Assembly: GCA_034670305.1 (NCBI GenBank)
Contig: JAXMNT010000001.1
Location: 306,970-370,969 of the forward strand
Reading direction: 5' to 3'
Length of the DNA stretch: 64,000 nucleotides
Origin: Deltaproteobacteria bacterium
GTDB taxonomy: Bacteria; Myxococcota_A; Polyangia; Polyangiales; Houyiibacteriaceae
Every line of letters starts with the position of its first letter. Within the stretch, counting starts at the first letter, position 1. Under the pieces are notes generated by a model. That model was given only the letters and a program-made list of their open reading frames with translations, searched no databases and was not told the DNA's origin. Positions 59,702 through 64,000 of this stretch are shown here, in pieces. The position numbers were made by a program, and so were the translations under genes.

Positions 59702-60691
59702 CTAAGCGTCGGGCCGAAGCGCCTGCGCGGCCCGCGACATGGCGCGGGCGCTGGAGAAGCGACCGGAGGGGTACTTGGCGAGCGCCTTGGCCACGAACTC
59801 GTCGAGCGCGGCCGGCAGCTCCGAAACGATGCTCGAAGGCGGCGGGACGGGGCGGGTGAGGATCGCTTCGAACACCGACTGGACGGCGTCGCTGTACGGA
59901 ACCGCCCGTTGGCCGGTCACCATCTCGTAGAAGAGCACGCCCGCGCCATACACATCCGTGCGGGCATCGACCTGCTCGGCGAGCACTTGCTCTGGCGCCA
60001 TGTACGAGGGCGTCCCGAGCGTCTCGCCCGGGCCGGTGAGTGTCTTCTGGTGGGTCGCAATATCTTTGCTCAGCCCGAAGTCGATCACCTTCACGAATCC
60101 GTCGCGCGCACCGTCGAGCCGGAGCACGTTCGACGGCTTCAGGTCCCGGTGGATGACGCCTCGGGCATGCGCTGCCTCGATGCCCGCCAACACCTGTCGG
60201 AGGATGTGTACCGCTTGGGCGAGCGGAAGCCGGCCCTCCTTCACGAGCAGGTCCCGAACCGTCTCGCCTTCGAGCCGCTCCATCACGATGAACGGGGTCT
60301 CGTCGCACAACACACCGGCGTCGATCGTCGAGACCACATTGGGGTGCACGACCTGTGCAGCCAGCCGCGCTTCGCGGAGGAACCGCTGATGGAGCACCCG
60401 CGTCCGGAGTTGTCCCGGCAATACCTTGACCGCCAGCACCCGACCGTTGGTTTCGTCGACCACGTCGTAGACGACCGACATGCCCCCTTTGCGCAGCAGT
60501 CTTACGACCCGATACCGATCGAGCAGGGTGTACCCGCTGGGCAGCAGATCGGGGAGCTGTTCTTGGATCGCACTCACCTGGGGTCCACAGTGTGCCGCAA
60601 CTACCGTGCTCACGGAATGGTGTACGCGAGTTCCCACCCACCTGTCCCACAGATGGGGGGTACTCTGCGGCGGGTGGTGAACTGTGTTCAC
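59702..60691 (-). CDS. Ser/Thr protein kinase
   Basis: GGMSVV, AVK, HRDLKPSN, DFG, GTPSYMAPE; start uncertain. Confidence 0.9.
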   Translation of the reverse strand: MNTVHHPPQSTPHLWDRWVGTRVHHSVSTVVAAHCGPQVSAIQEQLPDLLPSGYTLLDRYRVVRLLRKGGMSVVYDVVDETNGRVLAVKVLPGQLRTRVLHQRFLREARLAAQVVHPNVVSTIDAGVLCDETPFIVMERLEGETVRDLLVKEGRLPLAQAVHILRQVLAGIEAAHARGVIHRDLKPSNVLRLDGARDGFVKVIDFGLSKDIATHQKTLTGPGETLGTPSYMAPEQVLAEQVDARTDVYGAGVLFYEMVTGQRAVPYSDAVQSVFEAILTRPVPPPSSIVSELPAALDEFVAKALAKYPSGRFSSARAMSRAAQALRPDA

Positions 60692-60701
60692 CCGCCTGAG
60701 T

Positions 60702-62267
60702 TCAAGGATCCGGCACGAGCGTGTCGAGCACGCGCGCGGTCGAGAGGACCCCCGGAAGCCCCGCGCCCGGGTGGGTTCCGGCCCCCACGAGGAACAGGTG
60801 CTCCACGTCTTCGGACCGGTTGTGCGGCCGGAAGAACGCGCTCTGCGCCAGGGTGGGTTCGAACGAGAACGCGGCCCCTTTGAGGGAGAGATAATCTTCT
60901 CGAAATCCGACCGGCGTCAGCGTGCGACTGACCTCGATCGCGTCCGAGAGGCCGGGCAAGAGCGCTTGTTCGAGCGTGCGCTCGATGGCTGCGCGGTAGC
61001 TCTCGACCCGCTCGCTCCAGTCCACCTCCGCGTCCAGGTGGGGGACGGGCGAGAGCACGTAGAACGCATCGCAGCCCTCCGGCGCGAGGGATGGATCGGT
61101 CGCGGTCGGTCGGTGCAGGTAGAGACTGAAGTCGTCCGCGAGCACCTTGTGTTCGAAGATGTCCTCGAGCAGGCCTCGGTAGCGCGGCCCGAGCACGAGC
61201 GTGTGGTGCGCGACGTCGGGGTACTGCTTCTTGGTGCCGAAGTACCAGACGAAGAGGCTCATCGAGTAGTCGGCGCGTTCGAGCCGCGCGTCGGTCCAGT
61301 GGGTGCGGTGTTCCGGCGCGACGAGCTTCTTGTAGGTCCACGCGGCGTCGGCGTTCGAGACCACCAAGTCCGCGTCGATGCGCTCGCCGCCTTTCAGTCG
61401 AACGCCCTTCGCGGCCCCCTTCGAGCCGCCACTCGCCCCGCGCTCGACCACGATCTCTTCGACCTCGGCACCGAGCCGAAGCACGCCGCCAAGCGACTCG
61501 ACCAACTTCACCAACCCGCGCACCAACACGCCGGTGCCGCCCATCGGAAACCAAACGCCCCAGTGACGCTCGAGGTGCGCGACCAGCGCGTAGATGCTCG
61601 TCGTGCGGTACGGCGAACCTCCGACCAGTAGCGGATGGAAGGTCAGCACTTGCCGCAGCTTCTCGCTCCGGATGTGCCGCGACACCAGGCCGTGCACCGT
61701 GCGCCAAGACTCGAGCTCGATCATCGTCGGCGCAACGCGCGCCATGGTGGACGCATCTTCGAACCCAAGGTGTCCGAGCCGTTCGAAGCCCACCTCGAAG
61801 ATGCGTTTGCTCTTCTTCAAGAGCGCTGCGTAGCCCTCGACGTCTTCGGGTGAGACCCGCGCGACCTCGGCCCGCATCGCGTCCGCGTCGCCGGTGTAAT
61901 CGAACCAAGTTCCGTCGTCGAAACGCACCCGGTAGAAGGGCGACACCGCTCTCAGATCGATGTCGGTCGCGAAGTTCCGCCCCGCCATCGTCCACAGCTC
62001 TTCGAGAAGGAATGGCGCGGTCACGATCGTCGGCCCGGCGTCGAACGTGTAGCCCTTCATCGAGTGCACCCGCGCCCGCCCGCCCGCCTGTTCCAAACGG
62101 TCGACCACGGTCACCCGGTAGCCCCGCGCAAGGAGCCGCACCGCCGCCGCCAGGCCACCGAACCCAGCGCCGATGACGACCACGTGCGGCGCGTTTGGAC
62201 GAACCGGCCGGGGAGGTCCGGTGAAGAGCGCGGGGGTGTTGGGCAGCAGGCGATCGAAGAAGGTCAT
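60702..62267 (-). CDS. crtI: Phytoene desaturase
   Basis: IGAGFGGLAAA, FDAGPTIVT, LVGAGTHPGAGLPGV. Confidence 0.92.
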   Translation of the reverse strand: MTFFDRLLPNTPALFTGPPRPVRPNAPHVVVIGAGFGGLAAAVRLLARGYRVTVVDRLEQAGGRARVHSMKGYTFDAGPTIVTAPFLLEELWTMAGRNFATDIDLRAVSPFYRVRFDDGTWFDYTGDADAMRAEVARVSPEDVEGYAALLKKSKRIFEVGFERLGHLGFEDASTMARVAPTMIELESWRTVHGLVSRHIRSEKLRQVLTFHPLLVGGSPYRTTSIYALVAHLERHWGVWFPMGGTGVLVRGLVKLVESLGGVLRLGAEVEEIVVERGASGGSKGAAKGVRLKGGERIDADLVVSNADAAWTYKKLVAPEHRTHWTDARLERADYSMSLFVWYFGTKKQYPDVAHHTLVLGPRYRGLLEDIFEHKVLADDFSLYLHRPTATDPSLAPEGCDAFYVLSPVPHLDAEVDWSERVESYRAAIERTLEQALLPGLSDAIEVSRTLTPVGFREDYLSLKGAAFSFEPTLAQSAFFRPHNRSEDVEHLFLVGAGTHPGAGLPGVLSTARVLDTLVPDP

Positions 62268-62287
62268 CTGCGCGTGGGTGTAGCAGG

Positions 62288-63826
62288 CTAGCGCGGGCGG
62301 CGGCGCCACAGGAGCATGAGGCCGAGGGCGCCGAGGCTCATGGCCAACGGAGACGGTTGGTCGTCGGCTTCGATGCGGCAGCCGCAGCCGCCGGTGTCTC
62401 CGGTGCCGACCGTGAAGCCGCCTGAGTCGCCGCCTGCGTCGCCGCCCAGGCCGCCGCCGTCGCTGCCGGGGCCGCCGTCGCTGCCGGGGCCGCCGTCGAT
62501 TCCGGTGCCCGGTCCACCGTCGCTGCCCGGTCCGCCGTCCACGCCGCCGCCCGGTCCGGCGTCGCGCATCGGGCCGCCGGGGCCTTCGTGTTCGAACGCG
62601 CCGCAGTCGGCCCGCGCGCCGGAGGGGCGCGGGTTGAAGTTGAAGTCTTCGAAGGGCACCGGTCCCGCGCTCACCGCGTCGACGCAGGGTGCGCTCGTCA
62701 TCAGCTCGTACTCTTCGTCGTCGGGGCGGGTGAACTGGGCTTCGGCCGAGGTGCCCGACCAGTTGTCCTCTTCGGTGAACGAGCCGGCGATCGCGACCGG
62801 CGCGCCGCCGGCGCTCGCGATCAAGTTGCCGTAGACCCGTCCGGTGCCGACCGTCGCGGTCACGCCGCCGCCGGTCGGTTCCACGATGGTGTTGAACCGG
62901 ACTTGGCCGTCCGAGGCGATGTTCACGCCCACCGAGGCGCCGACGACGACGTTGGTGTGCACGTCGGTCGAGAACGTCAGGTCGGCGTGTGCGGCGCCTG
63001 CGCCCGAACCCACATCGATGCCGGGGCCGGTGGTGTCGCGCATGCCGTTGATGAACAGGGCGCCGTTGAACGACCGGGCCATGATGCCGGGGCCGGTGCA
63101 GTCGGCGAACAAGTTCTCGTGTACCGAGTTCATGCCTTCGGTCAGCGTCCGCACGCGTACGCAAGGGCCGCCCGCGCCCTGGATGATGGTGAAGCTGATC
63201 TCGATGTTGCGAATGGTCGCCTGGTCGACGTCGGGGTCGGCCTGTCCGGCGTCCACGCCCACGCCGCCCATGTTGGCCATGCGCAGATCGAAGATGCTGA
63301 CCCGGTCGATCGTGTCCGTGCCATCGGGCTCGCGCACCTGGATGCCGTCGCCGGAGCTCGGCGACCCGGTGCCGTCGAACTCGAGTCCGACCACCGCGAT
63401 CGAGCTGCTCGATCCCGAGATGCGCAGGTACGCATCGACGCCATCCGCCGACGACTCGAAGCGCAGCGCGGGGGCGACGGTCGGTTCTTTGCCGTCGATG
63501 AACACGAAGCTCGAGTCCCGCAGGGTGAGTCCCACCGGCGTGCCGGCGCAGCCGCCAAGGCACGGGTCGATGATGGTGCTGCTGCCTTCTCCAGCCGCGC
63601 TTCGAATCACGATGGGCGAGGCCATCGAGCCCACGATGTCGTGCACGACGAGTGGACCGCGGCGCCCGGCCGCCAGTACGAGCGCGTCGCCCGCCGCGAC
63701 CCCTCCGCTGAAGCCCGGTCCGACATCCGCGACGTCGGCCGCGACCGCGATGTCGCGCGCCGAAGCGAACGAGGGGATCAGGAGAAAAGAGCTACAGACC
63801 AGGGCCCATCCAAAAGCGCGTTGCAT
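62288..63826 (-). CDS. Secreted beta-helix protein with DGG repeats and MYXO-CTERM-like tail
   Basis: Signal peptide; PbH1 strands; GPGSDG repeats; GGCGC..LLWRRR. Confidence 0.82.
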   Translation of the reverse strand: MQRAFGWALVCSSFLLIPSFASARDIAVAADVADVGPGFSGGVAAGDALVLAAGRRGPLVVHDIVGSMASPIVIRSAAGEGSSTIIDPCLGGCAGTPVGLTLRDSSFVFIDGKEPTVAPALRFESSADGVDAYLRISGSSSSIAVVGLEFDGTGSPSSGDGIQVREPDGTDTIDRVSIFDLRMANMGGVGVDAGQADPDVDQATIRNIEISFTIIQGAGGPCVRVRTLTEGMNSVHENLFADCTGPGIMARSFNGALFINGMRDTTGPGIDVGSGAGAAHADLTFSTDVHTNVVVGASVGVNIASDGQVRFNTIVEPTGGGVTATVGTGRVYGNLIASAGGAPVAIAGSFTEEDNWSGTSAEAQFTRPDDEEYELMTSAPCVDAVSAGPVPFEDFNFNPRPSGARADCGAFEHEGPGGPMRDAGPGGGVDGGPGSDGGPGTGIDGGPGSDGGPGSDGGGLGGDAGGDSGGFTVGTGDTGGCGCRIEADDQPSPLAMSLGALGLMLLWRRRPR

Positions 63827-63873
63827 GCGGCGAGTCTACACCGCCGCGCAGCCCGCTCGCCGAGGAAGTTCCC

Positions 63874-64000
63874 CTAGCAGGTCGCTGAAAAGCGACCTGC
63901 TCCCTTGCCGTTGCCCTTGCCCGTGCCCTTGCCCGCGTCGTGGACGCCGTGTGTTTCGCGACGGCGAGGCGCGAATCGGAGCGCGATGCCCAGCGGGCGA
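63874..64000. mobile_element. Second, inverted copy of the end of the 12541-12657 element; may extend past the window edge
   Basis: CTAGCAGGTCGCTGAAAAGCGACCTGCTCCCTTGCCGTTGCCCTTGCCCGTGCCCTTGCCCGCGTCGTGGACGCCGTGTGTTT is the exact reverse complement of the right end at 12657. Confidence 0.75.

Noticed and set aside
1-64000. tRNA, rRNA, prophage or intact transposase
   Set aside because: None recognisable by eye; a tRNAscan/Infernal run would be needed to exclude them fully.

Overview
High-GC chromosomal window from a myxobacterium. MYXO-CTERM-type proteins, several Ser/Thr kinases and a DUF1592/DUF1552 pair suggest Polyangia/Sandaracinaceae; this is inference. About 52 genes are supportable. 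Housekeeping genes are mrp/apbC, nadB, an aspartate aminotransferase, hisD, cysS, radC, rpmH-rnpA-yidC-jag and rsmG. Other genes include a lipid/polyketide cluster (FAAL, ACP, KS, CLF-like, alpha-oxoamine synthase), an ECF sigma factor with a giant FecR-VIT-vWA-TPR partner, a triple-DsbA protein, crtI and many secreted or lipoproteins. I see no rRNA, tRNA, CRISPR array or intact transposase. The most unusual signals are non-coding: (1) a dispersed family of about 12 GCCNNW hexamer arrays, several with a conserved CTAG-anchored hairpin end and one holding a possible four-helix-bundle gene remnant; (2) an 89-bp MITE-like element; (3) a candidate sigma54-driven small RNA between hisD and cysS; (4) pervasive leaderless-type TAnnnT boxes 6-7 nt before start codons. 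All calls come from motif recognition by eye; no database searches were run.
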